Positions 46,312-56,125 of a DNA stretch of 64,000 bases are shown here, in pieces (position 1 is the first letter of the stretch; every line of letters begins with the position of its first letter). Position numbers and translations under genes: made by a program. A model generated the notes under the pieces. It was not told the origin of the DNA, ran no database searches, and saw nothing but the letters and a program-made list of their open reading frames with translations. The stretch spans positions 96,001 to 160,000 of the forward strand of contig PRDH01000044.1 in NCBI GenBank assembly GCA_003345545.1, in the 5' to 3' direction. Source of the stretch: Candidatus Thorarchaeota archaeon. Its GTDB lineage: Archaea; Asgardarchaeota; Thorarchaeia; Thorarchaeales; Thorarchaeaceae.

Positions 46312-48579
46312 CTAGATTGGCATTGATTCAGTCGCTTTCGGGAGCACAGAGACTCCTGAAGATTCCACAGAAGCACTTTGAACAAAAACAGTGCCAATGG
46401 TCAGCAGGAGATGAATTACTAGTCCTGCGATACAGGTCCATCCGAGAAGCATGAGCAGGACATCGCCAAGCGAAGACCAGACCCACGCCCCGACTGCACA
46501 CCCCAAGATGAGAAAGATGTCAGCTAATAGCCTGGATATGTTCGCAACACGTATCACAAGTCCCAAAGTCCACATAACTAGCAGCATACTAGAGACAACC
46601 ATGAGCTGGCTTTCGAGAAGACCACCAACAGTCCAGCTGAGAACGTAAGTATCGATTCCAAAGATAATGAGAAGAGCTGCCAATGTGAATGACAGTGTCC
46701 TGACGACATAATCGAGATCACTCTGTCGGGCCTGTTCTGATAGAAGCCCGTTGCTTGCTATTGAGAGAATCTGCATACCCGCGAAGACCATCGCTCCCAT
46801 CAGCAGCATGGACTGTATGATGACTGCAAGGGATGCAGTCAATCGGTCGAAACACACGGACATGCCCAGTACAAGAAGCGCAGAGCCACACACCATAGAC
46901 ACGACAATCGTGATCATCCGCAACACCTTGAATGATAGGGATTGAGTCTGCCCATGAAGCTGGACAGTGCCGAAACGTAGGCGGAGATGGCCTGCAAGGT
47001 GAGTCTTCAGGTACGAGAAGGGACGTTTGATGAGACCATAGAGTCGATCAAACAGGGGCGAGAGGCAGTAAGAAATGAAGATCAGAAGGACATATCCTAG
47101 GTAGTAGTTGCGGTCGGGAAGCAGAATCATGAGTGAGAATAGGATTGGCATCCATATCATCGAAGCCGAGAACGGCACATGTTCTCCTTTTCCACGAATC
47201 ATCTGAGCCGACGAGAGAATCGCAAAGAAGGGACCGAACATCGCGAAGTAGTACTTGAAGACCCCTCGAGGACCGGCCAAATCGGTCCACAGCATGAGAA
47301 GCATTGTGAGGAAGAGTATTCGACGCAGATACACATGTTCTTCGCCCTTGTACTTGTCAAGGAGGACCATCAGCCCTGCGAATACGACGATTCCAAAGAA
47401 GAGTGGACCCTGTGTAGTGAGAGCAATATCAAGGAGCTCTGCAAACTGAGGCATGTCATACATTATAGGAAGCATAGGCAATCGCACAGGATTGCCATAG
47501 GGCACTGGTTCCACGTAATTAGCCAGGGGAAAATGACCTAGTGCCAATGACCAGAAATTGAGGAAGTCTGGTTGGGCTAGAATGAAGGGCAGCATGATTG
47601 CTCCTGCGTAGGAGAGTGCCACAATGATACTCATTCCGAAGCCTCGAAAATCAAAGTACTCGAACAAGAAGTCGAAACTTTTGGCCTGCGGCTTCATCTC
47701 CCCATCATCGCCGAGCACACCATTGTCATAGTTGTTCAGAACAGGTTCCTCTGTGACCTTTGTCTTCCTGTCGCGAGCTCGCACGAGTAGATAGATGACA
47801 AGGGGAATTCCAAGAAACCACGCAGTCTGCTTGAAGAGCGCAGCAGTCACTATCAGTATCGTTGCAGTATGCCGCCGTTTCTTCAAGAGAGCATAGAAGC
47901 CTGCAAAGAAGAAGAAGTAGAAGGGCGCAGGATTGAGCCAGATATAGTCAATATGATAGAGTACTAGGGGATTGATCGCGTACATTAGAGCTGCAATCTC
48001 CCCTACTCGCGGATTCTTCGATAGCTCTTTTGCAATTCCGTACACTGGAAGAATGGTGGCATAGCCAAATACTGCAAAGAGGAGTCCAATTCCCCAGTTT
48101 CCCGGCCCGATTATTCCTTCCAGAGCAATGCCAAGAGCATAGAGATAGGCTGTAAGAGGCGGGAACATGTAGGCGCCATTCTGGTTGACTATCCCATCCA
48201 TGTCTAGATAGCCAAAGTCCCCTGAGTATGGCATGACTCCATTGAGCATGTTGTATCCCCAGTGGACATAGTAGTAGGAATAATCGCTGTAGCCCTCGAA
48301 CTGGTACTCTATGATATAGCCGTAGAAGTTGAACTCACCAGGATCGGGGAGCGGACCTAGCCATGCAGACCGTCCACTCCAGAAACGAGTGTTAAGATAG
48401 TCAACTAGTGCAATATTGAAGACAACCGACCAGACCACGAAGCCGATTAATAGCACTGCGATGAGATAGCGATACTCACTGAGGAATCGCGACAGACGAC
48501 GTCCACCCTGAAGAAGCGTGTGATCAATCCGGTGAACCGACCCTGTAATCCGAAACCTACTCGCAATCTCAGTGCCCAT
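46312..48579 (-). CDS. GT-C fold membrane glycosyltransferase paralog with extra C-terminal TM domain
   Basis: EGYSDYSYYY..W....LNG..PY, YMFPPL, INPL, WLNPAPF, ALFKQTA, PRG.FKYY shared with the neighbour. Confidence 0.75.
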   Translation of the reverse strand: MGTEIASRFRITGSVHRIDHTLLQGGRRLSRFLSEYRYLIAVLLIGFVVWSVVFNIALVDYLNTRFWSGRSAWLGPLPDPGEFNFYGYIIEYQFEGYSDYSYYYVHWGYNMLNGVMPYSGDFGYLDMDGIVNQNGAYMFPPLTAYLYALGIALEGIIGPGNWGIGLLFAVFGYATILPVYGIAKELSKNPRVGEIAALMYAINPLVLYHIDYIWLNPAPFYFFFFAGFYALLKKRRHTATILIVTAALFKQTAWFLGIPLVIYLLVRARDRKTKVTEEPVLNNYDNGVLGDDGEMKPQAKSFDFLFEYFDFRGFGMSIIVALSYAGAIMLPFILAQPDFLNFWSLALGHFPLANYVEPVPYGNPVRLPMLPIMYDMPQFAELLDIALTTQGPLFFGIVVFAGLMVLLDKYKGEEHVYLRRILFLTMLLMLWTDLAGPRGVFKYYFAMFGPFFAILSSAQMIRGKGEHVPFSASMIWMPILFSLMILLPDRNYYLGYVLLIFISYCLSPLFDRLYGLIKRPFSYLKTHLAGHLRLRFGTVQLHGQTQSLSFKVLRMITIVVSMVCGSALLVLGMSVCFDRLTASLAVIIQSMLLMGAMVFAGMQILSIASNGLLSEQARQSDLDYVVRTLSFTLAALLIIFGIDTYVLSWTVGGLLESQLMVVSSMLLVMWTLGLVIRVANISRLLADIFLILGCAVGAWVWSSLGDVLLMLLGWTCIAGLVIHLLLTIGTVFVQSASVESSGVSVLPKATESMPI

Positions 48580-48639
48580 GATGCATTGTCAATCTGCGTT
48601 GCTCATTAATATTTGGCCCTAAGCGAAAAGAGCAGTATA

Positions 48640-50721
48640 TCACAACTCCAAAGTTGCAGTGCTCCCCAGACCAGCCTTGGCCACTTCAACAATGGGAACA
48701 CCTTCCCATCCCTGCACATCGGTGTGTGTGATCAACAGAATCTGTTCGAAATTGTTGTCATTCATCAGATTGGAAACAACGGACTCTCTACGAGCCTTAT
48801 CAAGCCCTCCTAGCGGCTCATCAAGCATCACTGTCTTGACGCGAGGAGTGATGATGGGGCTGTTTTTCAGGGGACGAATTCTGCTCATGGTACGGCTAAT
48901 TCCAAGTCTGAGCGCGAGGCTTATTGCAGTCCTGTCTCCAAAGCTGAGCTGTGAAGTCTTCTTCCACGCTTGGTCGCGTTCATCCCATATCTTGAGAAGC
49001 AGTCCAGCGCCGGAGCGTTTCGTGGCTGGAGTTGGTTCGAGGTCGATGCGTGTGTACTGACCGTTGGTGAAGGACTGAACATACTGATTCGTTGCACTCC
49101 TGATGATGCCAATCAGTCTCTTCTGAAAGACGTAATCTGCGACAAATCCGTTCACAAGATTCCGACGTACGTATTTTGCATGCACATTGAGGTTCTCCAG
49201 TTCCTTTATCTCAGCGCCCATCTGTCGCATCTGGACTTCCTTCCCTTCCAGTTCTGAGATGAGCGTCTGTTCCTTTCGAATGTTCTCTTCGATTTCAGAG
49301 GTTCCTCTCTTTGCCTCTCGAAGAACAGCTTCCAAGTTGCCAATCTTACTGTGGACTTCCTCAAGCGTTGATACTCCGAACTTCTTGAGGAGAGATTTCA
49401 CATCAGGAATGCCTAAAGCCCTAAGCAGGTCCGACAGTTCCTGCTCGGATTTCTTAATGGATAGTCGTATGTTCTGCATATGTTCCTGAATTGACTTTAT
49501 CTTCTCCAACGCATTGGTGGAGAGAGCGATGGCTGACAGCCTCTGCTCGAGCTTCTTGACTTCGATTATCTTCAGCTTCCGCTCTTTGTCAAGCTCTTTA
49601 GCACTTAATTCACCATCACGCAATGACTTCTTGTAATTGGATACAAGACTGTCACGCTCCTTCGCTGACAGAGGTTTCGAGCAGGTTGGGCATATCGCTT
49701 CATCCTTGCCATCACGAGTTCTAGTGAGCATGTCTATTTTCTCATTCAGATCTTCGTGCATCCCGGTGACCTTGCCCATCTTCTCAGAGATGCCTGTCAC
49801 ATCAGCATTCAGGCTCTCCCGCTCTGAGTCTACTCGCTCCTTCTCTCTCTTGAGTGATTCTGAACGTGCTTCGATGATTGCAGCTTCAGCATCGAGTATG
49901 CCTGCCTGCGGGAGGTTCGTGTCAATCTCTTTCTGACTGAGATCAAGTTCATGTTCTTTCTTCTCGATCTCATCAGATATTCTGCTGACTGTTTTCAGTG
50001 TGGCACTATCAGGAATACCCCTTAGCTGCTTCTCAACTGAGACTATCTCTTTACTCCGGCTCTTTATCGATGCCTCATAGTCCTTGATTCGTGCCCTATT
50101 TTGACCTATCTGCTCCTTGATATCCTCAGGTGACCGATAGTCATCACGGAGATTCTTGATTCTCGTATCAAGATTCGACTCGAAATTCTCAAGATGACTG
50201 GACATGCGATTGAGCAGCTCAATATCATAGATTTCAACCAAGAGATTTCGAAGCGCCACAGGACCTGCTGTAGATATCGTTGCAACCTCGCCCTGGCGGA
50301 CCAAGAGCGTGTTCTGGGCCTGCTTCCACTCCAAGCCTAGAATCTCGTCTATCTTCGCTGCAACAGACTGAGTCTTGTCGGCAATTCTCTTCCAAGCACG
50401 CCCAGACTTTATGTAGAGTACTGCATTTGTCTTGTCTGCAGAACTGTATGACCTCTCTATCTTATACTGCGCTCCTACCACATCAAATGTCAGAGTGGCA
50501 CTGCAGAATGTCGAACTGAAACTGACGAGTTCGTCATTATTCAGTCCCAGGGCGTCCGAGCCCCACAGAGCCCAGAGTATCGACTCAAGAAGAGATGACT
50601 TTCCAGTAGAGTTTGGCCCTCGTATGATTATGAGCCCATTTGGGAGATTAGATTCGTCACTCGGCAGAGTTAGCTCCCGAAATGGCTTGAAATTGTGGAC
50701 CTCTATCTTCAAGAGCTTCAT
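48640..50721 (-). CDS. rad50: Rad50/SbcC SMC-like ATPase
   Basis: GPNSTGKS, Q-loop VRQGE, CPTC zinc hook, LSFGD signature, LDEP, LITH. Confidence 0.9.
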   Translation of the reverse strand: MKLLKIEVHNFKPFRELTLPSDESNLPNGLIIIRGPNSTGKSSLLESILWALWGSDALGLNNDELVSFSSTFCSATLTFDVVGAQYKIERSYSSADKTNAVLYIKSGRAWKRIADKTQSVAAKIDEILGLEWKQAQNTLLVRQGEVATISTAGPVALRNLLVEIYDIELLNRMSSHLENFESNLDTRIKNLRDDYRSPEDIKEQIGQNRARIKDYEASIKSRSKEIVSVEKQLRGIPDSATLKTVSRISDEIEKKEHELDLSQKEIDTNLPQAGILDAEAAIIEARSESLKREKERVDSERESLNADVTGISEKMGKVTGMHEDLNEKIDMLTRTRDGKDEAICPTCSKPLSAKERDSLVSNYKKSLRDGELSAKELDKERKLKIIEVKKLEQRLSAIALSTNALEKIKSIQEHMQNIRLSIKKSEQELSDLLRALGIPDVKSLLKKFGVSTLEEVHSKIGNLEAVLREAKRGTSEIEENIRKEQTLISELEGKEVQMRQMGAEIKELENLNVHAKYVRRNLVNGFVADYVFQKRLIGIIRSATNQYVQSFTNGQYTRIDLEPTPATKRSGAGLLLKIWDERDQAWKKTSQLSFGDRTAISLALRLGISRTMSRIRPLKNSPIITPRVKTVMLDEPLGGLDKARRESVVSNLMNDNNFEQILLITHTDVQGWEGVPIVEVAKAGLGSTATLEL

Positions 50722-52028
50722 GGATCATCCCTCGTGAGCGACTCGGAAGTCATCTTCCCATCTCTAGTACCGACTGAGAACTCAAGAGAAGTAACTGCAA
50801 TCTTGGTGAGTATATCGAGATCTAGACTCTTGTCGACATCCAGCGTACTGAGATAGTCACGAAAGTCCTTTTCTGGGTCCTCAATTAAATACTCGGACTC
50901 AATCTCAGGGTATGATGCTGCAGCGTACTCAGAATCGACTGATTCTTTGGTGGACCAGACAAACTGAGCTACATTGTACTCAGAGTCCTGCGATAGCACC
51001 CTCAACCTGAAGGTTTCAAGAGCCACGCCTAGATCAAAAGCACCCACTCGGCTTGAGCCGCCCTCTAGGACAATACGAACTCGTGCGGCAGTGTGCGGGT
51101 CCCAAGGAGCAATGAGACCCTCCTCAGAGAACCAAGCGCGTAGTTTCTCCGTGACGGACTCAGCTGTATCATCCTCAGCCAACACTATCTTCTCATTCAG
51201 TACAGGACGAACAAACTCCAAGATGTGTGGAGTGACAACCGGGTCTTCATTGACCTTGATATCGACGACTAGAAATCCCTTCTTATGCTCGGATTCGTCG
51301 AACCGCCATCTCTCAGGACAACCTGCATACCATGCCTTTTGCGACTGTTTCGCCTGTTTATGGTCGTGACCGAGAGCTATGTAGTCATAGTGCATGCTGA
51401 ACACTACGTTGTAGAGAGTCTTGTCCAAATCCATACCGTGAGCAACGCCAACTGCTGGTCGCAGGCGCTCTCGCTTCTGCTGGGTAAGAATCCAATCATC
51501 AAACCTAGGAAGCATGCCTGACGACCGCAGCACTTCATGATCGATGAAGGGAAAGCAAAACACATCGAGCTTCTCATAGGAGTACGATAGTGGCTTATCC
51601 TCACGAATTGCGGCCTTGATGTCTTGTTGGGTTGCGACATCCAATCCCGGCACTGCCATCTTGAGGCTATCCAAGAGGGAAACCTCAAGCAGTCTATAGA
51701 GACCGTGATTGCCCTCGATTATTAGAACAGGAATGTGTGTCTTCTTGATGAAGCCTTGAAGCACCGATATTGCAGTTTCCTGAGCAACAACAGGGGGTTG
51801 CGACGGGTTACCCTCCCATGGGGAGTTGTAGAGGTCACCTGAGTGGACTACCAAGTCGACAGGGGGGTCGAGTGCAGCAATTCTCTCGAAGATCTCAGTA
51901 AATCGCTCATAGAAGTCATTCTCCAAGAGCTGAGTTCTCATCTCCTGGCCCCATACATTGGGGCGAACACCATCCCGAGGTCGGGCTCCCAGATGGGTGT
52001 CAGAGATGTGAGCGATTCGAGCGGACAT
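50718..52028 (-). CDS. mre11: Mre11/SbcD nuclease
   Basis: HISDTHLG, SGDLY, GNH, AHG, YIALGHDH, YAG.PE...F.E...KG. Confidence 0.9.
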   Translation of the reverse strand: MSARIAHISDTHLGARPRDGVRPNVWGQEMRTQLLENDFYERFTEIFERIAALDPPVDLVVHSGDLYNSPWEGNPSQPPVVAQETAISVLQGFIKKTHIPVLIIEGNHGLYRLLEVSLLDSLKMAVPGLDVATQQDIKAAIREDKPLSYSYEKLDVFCFPFIDHEVLRSSGMLPRFDDWILTQQKRERLRPAVGVAHGMDLDKTLYNVVFSMHYDYIALGHDHKQAKQSQKAWYAGCPERWRFDESEHKKGFLVVDIKVNEDPVVTPHILEFVRPVLNEKIVLAEDDTAESVTEKLRAWFSEEGLIAPWDPHTAARVRIVLEGGSSRVGAFDLGVALETFRLRVLSQDSEYNVAQFVWSTKESVDSEYAAASYPEIESEYLIEDPEKDFRDYLSTLDVDKSLDLDILTKIAVTSLEFSVGTRDGKMTSESLTRDDP

Positions 52029-52037
52029 TAGCAGGCC

Positions 52038-53810
52038 TCATATGATATGCTCTTCTGTCTTCTTTGGCTTAGCATCCTTGTATCTATGCTTATCCTTTTC
52101 ATAGATATCATTGAAAAAGGGAATCCGAACTGGCAAGGGCAGTTCCCGATACGATGCTGTGAGAATGGCCTCACCACGAGCCATAACTCGAAATTCGCTC
52201 TCAAAGCCAGAGATGTTCACACTGGCATTATCAATGCACGCCTTTATCTCACGTTCATTTCCCAGCCTGAGATTGATCTCGGTGTTCATCTGACTTAGGA
52301 TGACATTATCGAGAACGCTGACTTGCTGACTCACGACTAGGAGGCCAATGTTGAACTTACGTCCCTGACGAGATATGTCCTTGAACACAGACTGCCCCCG
52401 CATCAACTCAGGATTCAGAATGGTTGGCGCCTCCTCTACAGTGACCTGAATCACAGGAAGCGACCTAGGGTCACGGACCTCGGCACTATCCCTTCCGCCG
52501 CCCTTACTATAGAACGCGCGAGCCCGTTCTTTCACCCGGTTGAAGAAACTCCTTGGAAGCCGCATCTCACCCTGACGTTCAAAGTCACCAAGATTGCCAC
52601 TGCTCTTTAGAGCTCGACGCATGTCCGACAGGGTGCGCGTGACTACTGTGGTGAGTAAGAACTGCTCTTGGTCGCCCATGAGGCTTGTGTTGACAACAAG
52701 AATGCGACCGGTTTCCATGGCGCAATAGATGTCCTCAAGTATGGAGCTGCCTTCTCTGATGAAAATCGGAGAGCGTTCCAAGAATCTCAACCTGCGTTTT
52801 ACTGCTCTGAGGGTCCCCTGTGAGTCATCACTGCTTTCATCCATATCGATTATTGTAGCTATCCAATCCTCATTGGAACCACCATTATACTGTGCGTCAA
52901 TGAACGACGACATCTGCGGAGAGAACTCCATGATTGAATAGAGGTCTCTTGGCTGAATCTCAGACCATAGAATGCGAATCTCACGAGCATACCTGCCAAT
53001 TTCGCGGACAGTCGCGCTTCTGTGCGTCGTCAGATAGTAGAACTCGCCGATTACCTCGGAGCGCATTTTGTCGCTCATGTCCTCCACAATGTTTTGAATG
53101 CCAATATTGTCAACACCCTTTGCAAACTCATCATGGGGATCGATACAGAACGCCGAAACTCTGGTGCTTTTCCTATTTGGATTGCGGGCTGCATCAAGGT
53201 TCGTGTCGATCATTGACTTGATGAGAACCATCATGAGATTGCTCTTTCCTGAACCGGTCGACCCGAAGATGCCGACATGCATGGGCAAATACTTGCACGG
53301 GATTCTAACAGGCACATCCAGAGTGTCTTCTCCGACCTGCAGGTCGCCAACGACGATCTCTCCGTCCGTCTGACATTCAAGCATTTCACGTACAGACTCG
53401 TCAGAGAGGCCGGGCATCGGGCGGTACACCGAGGCCAGATGGTCCGGCATGCGCCGCGGGGCCTTGAAAGTCCACTCTCCCTTCTTGTCCTTTTCCGCAA
53501 ATCCAAGCATTCTTCCGCCAACTGAGAGGAGCATGTTGCGTTCAATACCTGAGAGATAAGCATCTCCTTCAACCATGAGTGTGCTTGCGACTCGGGATAT
53601 ATCATCTACTTGTCGAAGGTAGTTTTCTAAGTCCAAGACTCTGAAGAAGAATACCCGCTCGTGGTCATCACGTTTGGAATAGATCATGAATATCTCGCCC
53701 ACACTTATGTCGCGGTTATTCCCCATTATGCCGAGGGAAGTCTGATTTCCCACCCCGACCTTTCCATAGAGTTCACCCAGTTTTTCTCTATCCAAATCCA
53801 TTACTATCAT
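52038..53810 (-). CDS. herA: HerA bipolar DNA helicase/translocase
   Basis: HAS-barrel N-terminus, H.GIFGSTGSGKS, DPHDE, EEAP, QGRKFNIG, SQMNT. Confidence 0.9.
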   Translation of the reverse strand: MIVMDLDREKLGELYGKVGVGNQTSLGIMGNNRDISVGEIFMIYSKRDDHERVFFFRVLDLENYLRQVDDISRVASTLMVEGDAYLSGIERNMLLSVGGRMLGFAEKDKKGEWTFKAPRRMPDHLASVYRPMPGLSDESVREMLECQTDGEIVVGDLQVGEDTLDVPVRIPCKYLPMHVGIFGSTGSGKSNLMMVLIKSMIDTNLDAARNPNRKSTRVSAFCIDPHDEFAKGVDNIGIQNIVEDMSDKMRSEVIGEFYYLTTHRSATVREIGRYAREIRILWSEIQPRDLYSIMEFSPQMSSFIDAQYNGGSNEDWIATIIDMDESSDDSQGTLRAVKRRLRFLERSPIFIREGSSILEDIYCAMETGRILVVNTSLMGDQEQFLLTTVVTRTLSDMRRALKSSGNLGDFERQGEMRLPRSFFNRVKERARAFYSKGGGRDSAEVRDPRSLPVIQVTVEEAPTILNPELMRGQSVFKDISRQGRKFNIGLLVVSQQVSVLDNVILSQMNTEINLRLGNEREIKACIDNASVNISGFESEFRVMARGEAILTASYRELPLPVRIPFFNDIYEKDKHRYKDAKPKKTEEHII

Positions 53811-53819
53811 CTCACATTA

Positions 53820-55112
53820 TCATAGGTTGTAGTCAGTCCTCAATGATTCCGTCTTACGATCATCGAATCCTAATTCCAGACGCACGTCTCGCGCTATCTC
53901 TTTGGCAAGACGAAGGTCCTCGAAGCTTAGTTTGCAGTTCTCATGAGCTAGAGCGAGAGCGACAGGATAACCGTACCACCGAGCGTCTCTAGACATGAAC
54001 TCAAGCTCTCTGAAGAGTGCCAATTCATTCTCTCGCGTTGCCTGTGGGTCGCCATCAACGAAGATATTCTCTGACCACCAGACTCTATCAAAATCGATTC
54101 GCGATGGTCTGTTGTCCCTTGAGAAACTATAGAGATAGGGAACAGCTAGAATCGGAGGGATGTATGCTCTGTCCTCAATGATATGGAGACCGCCACCAGG
54201 ATCTTCTTTGGAAGGAAGATGGCAGAACCATTTTGCACCCTCTCCCAGCTCTTCCTTCGCTACACTCGCAATACGATGAGCAAAGGGAATTGTGTGATTC
54301 TTGCTTACTGCACATAGAATCACTTCCTTTCGACGAGCAAGAGAACAGAGGTCTCTAAGCATGAATCCACTAGGCATTGAGGGATAATGCCTGACGAAGT
54401 GCATGAAGATCGACATGGCACCGTCCAGTAACAGGTACTTCGGGCACAGGTCACTCTCAAGAAGGCGACGTGCTGCCGCATATTCGCTGACTTTTCTCAG
54501 CTCCTCATGGACTGCTGCATTTGTCAGGGTCTGTGTGCGTGAGATGAGTGACCTCATCACTTGAAGACGCGATCCAAACGGCGCGAACTCAGTGTCTGAA
54601 ATATCTGTGATTGAAGATATCTTGCCACCTGTATAGTCACAGAAGAAGGGGAGGATAAGGCTGACCATATCTTTCAAGGGGTAAATCTCAGCCAACGATT
54701 CAGCCATCTTTTCTCTGGCATCATTTCTCACACTGGAATGCCAGTGCACATCGATATGGGGTTGTTCTCCAATCTCGCTCTCAACAGTGGCACGGTCCAC
54801 CATTGAAAATAATGACTCACGTTGAGTGTCGGTATTGAGCACTATAGTCGATGTACTCAATAGATGAACACGAATGTCATCAAGAGTAACAAGACTCTCT
54901 GTTCCTGAGCCATCGACAGCTGCGACCAGAAAATCTTCACTCAGAACAGTATCCGAGGGAAATGCGTGAATTCTGGCAAGCAACTTCTCCCGGATTCGTG
55001 CTTCATCCTTAACGAATTCAGCCTCATCTCTGCGATCCTGCTGATTATTGATGTCTGAAAACACAAGTTTCAGAGTGTTCCTGAACTTCTCAGCAAGTAT
55101 CTTCTCAAGCAT
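53820..55112 (-). CDS. nurA: NurA nuclease
   Basis: AAVDGS, E...A, LLLDG, VSK, GYPVALALAHE. Start set at MLEKIL. Confidence 0.85.
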   Translation of the reverse strand: MLEKILAEKFRNTLKLVFSDINNQQDRRDEAEFVKDEARIREKLLARIHAFPSDTVLSEDFLVAAVDGSGTESLVTLDDIRVHLLSTSTIVLNTDTQRESLFSMVDRATVESEIGEQPHIDVHWHSSVRNDAREKMAESLAEIYPLKDMVSLILPFFCDYTGGKISSITDISDTEFAPFGSRLQVMRSLISRTQTLTNAAVHEELRKVSEYAAARRLLESDLCPKYLLLDGAMSIFMHFVRHYPSMPSGFMLRDLCSLARRKEVILCAVSKNHTIPFAHRIASVAKEELGEGAKWFCHLPSKEDPGGGLHIIEDRAYIPPILAVPYLYSFSRDNRPSRIDFDRVWWSENIFVDGDPQATRENELALFRELEFMSRDARWYGYPVALALAHENCKLSFEDLRLAKEIARDVRLELGFDDRKTESLRTDYNL

Positions 55113-55353
55113 GGTATCGACACTCTCCGCCGAATGGCAAGAACGCAGAGTCCTATGATTCGTTGTCTTGACCGAGTCATAAAAAGCTAGCACTCGACCC
55201 TGAAGAGAGTCCTCTAGATGGAGAAAACCGCGCCGGATTACGGGGCAGATATGTATAGAGTCGCAATTTCCTTTTAAGGAACCATCACAACGGTTCAATG
55301 ACAGAGGCAGTTCTGGCGCGACCGTGCTAGTGAAACTGACGGGAAGTGATCGT

Positions 55354-56049
55354 TTGCTGAACATCACCTACTTTGGACACACATCATTTGCATTAGAATC
55401 AAAGGGGACAGTAGTTCTACTTAATCCAGGAATCTGGAAGAAGGAACCAATAGTCCCGAATGATTTTAGCGCGAGAGTGGTGGTGGCAACAAACAAGGAA
55501 GATGATGCATTAGGAAACGCAAGCACAATATCTGTGAACTCAAAGGCGTGGTTCCTTGGCAACAAGGAGGCCGTAGAGAAGGCTACTGCACAGGGTGTTA
55601 AACCCTGGCTTCTTCATGTTCTTGAGAATGAGGTTCCCTATGAGATACCCAATGTCCGTTTCGTCCCCTATGCTCTCTCAAGGATTGACGAAACGAAAGG
55701 TGGACATATTGGTAATCTCGGTCTCATGATTCAGATTGGAGGCATGAAAGTTGGCTATCTGGGGGATACAGCAATTCGCGGCCCATTCGAGCATCTAGAA
55801 ATGGATATCCTCATCACTCCTATCGGGGGAGGAGCCACATTTCCAGTGAAGGATGCGGTGAGTCTTTGCATAGACAGTAAGCCGCGTATCAGCATACCAA
55901 TGCGATGGACTTCAGATGAACAGCCTGTCAAATTCTCAAAGTATCTTGAGCAGTTTGGACAGGGAATCAAGGCAGTAGTGATGATGCCAAACCAGAAACT
56001 CACAGCTCAGTGGGCAGCAGGTAACGAGTTTAGATACGAGCTAAACTGA
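55354..56049 (+). CDS. Metallo-beta-lactamase-fold protein with degenerate metal site
   Basis: ITYFGHTSF, GDT, PIGG..T, IPM.W as in UPF0173, but THxHxDH is replaced by TNKEDDA. Confidence 0.75.
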   Translation: MLNITYFGHTSFALESKGTVVLLNPGIWKKEPIVPNDFSARVVVATNKEDDALGNASTISVNSKAWFLGNKEAVEKATAQGVKPWLLHVLENEVPYEIPNVRFVPYALSRIDETKGGHIGNLGLMIQIGGMKVGYLGDTAIRGPFEHLEMDILITPIGGGATFPVKDAVSLCIDSKPRISIPMRWTSDEQPVKFSKYLEQFGQGIKAVVMMPNQKLTAQWAAGNEFRYELN

Positions 56050-56125
56050 TATTCTCCGTTTGAGTCAGTACGGAAGGCAGAAGATTCCCTGAATCGGTGA
56101 GCATATGACAAAGGGTGTGCATTAG

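Noticed and set aside
52038-53810. HerA-based anti-phage system (e.g. Sir2-HerA type)
   Set aside because: The partners are NurA, Mre11 and Rad50, the known DNA-repair context.
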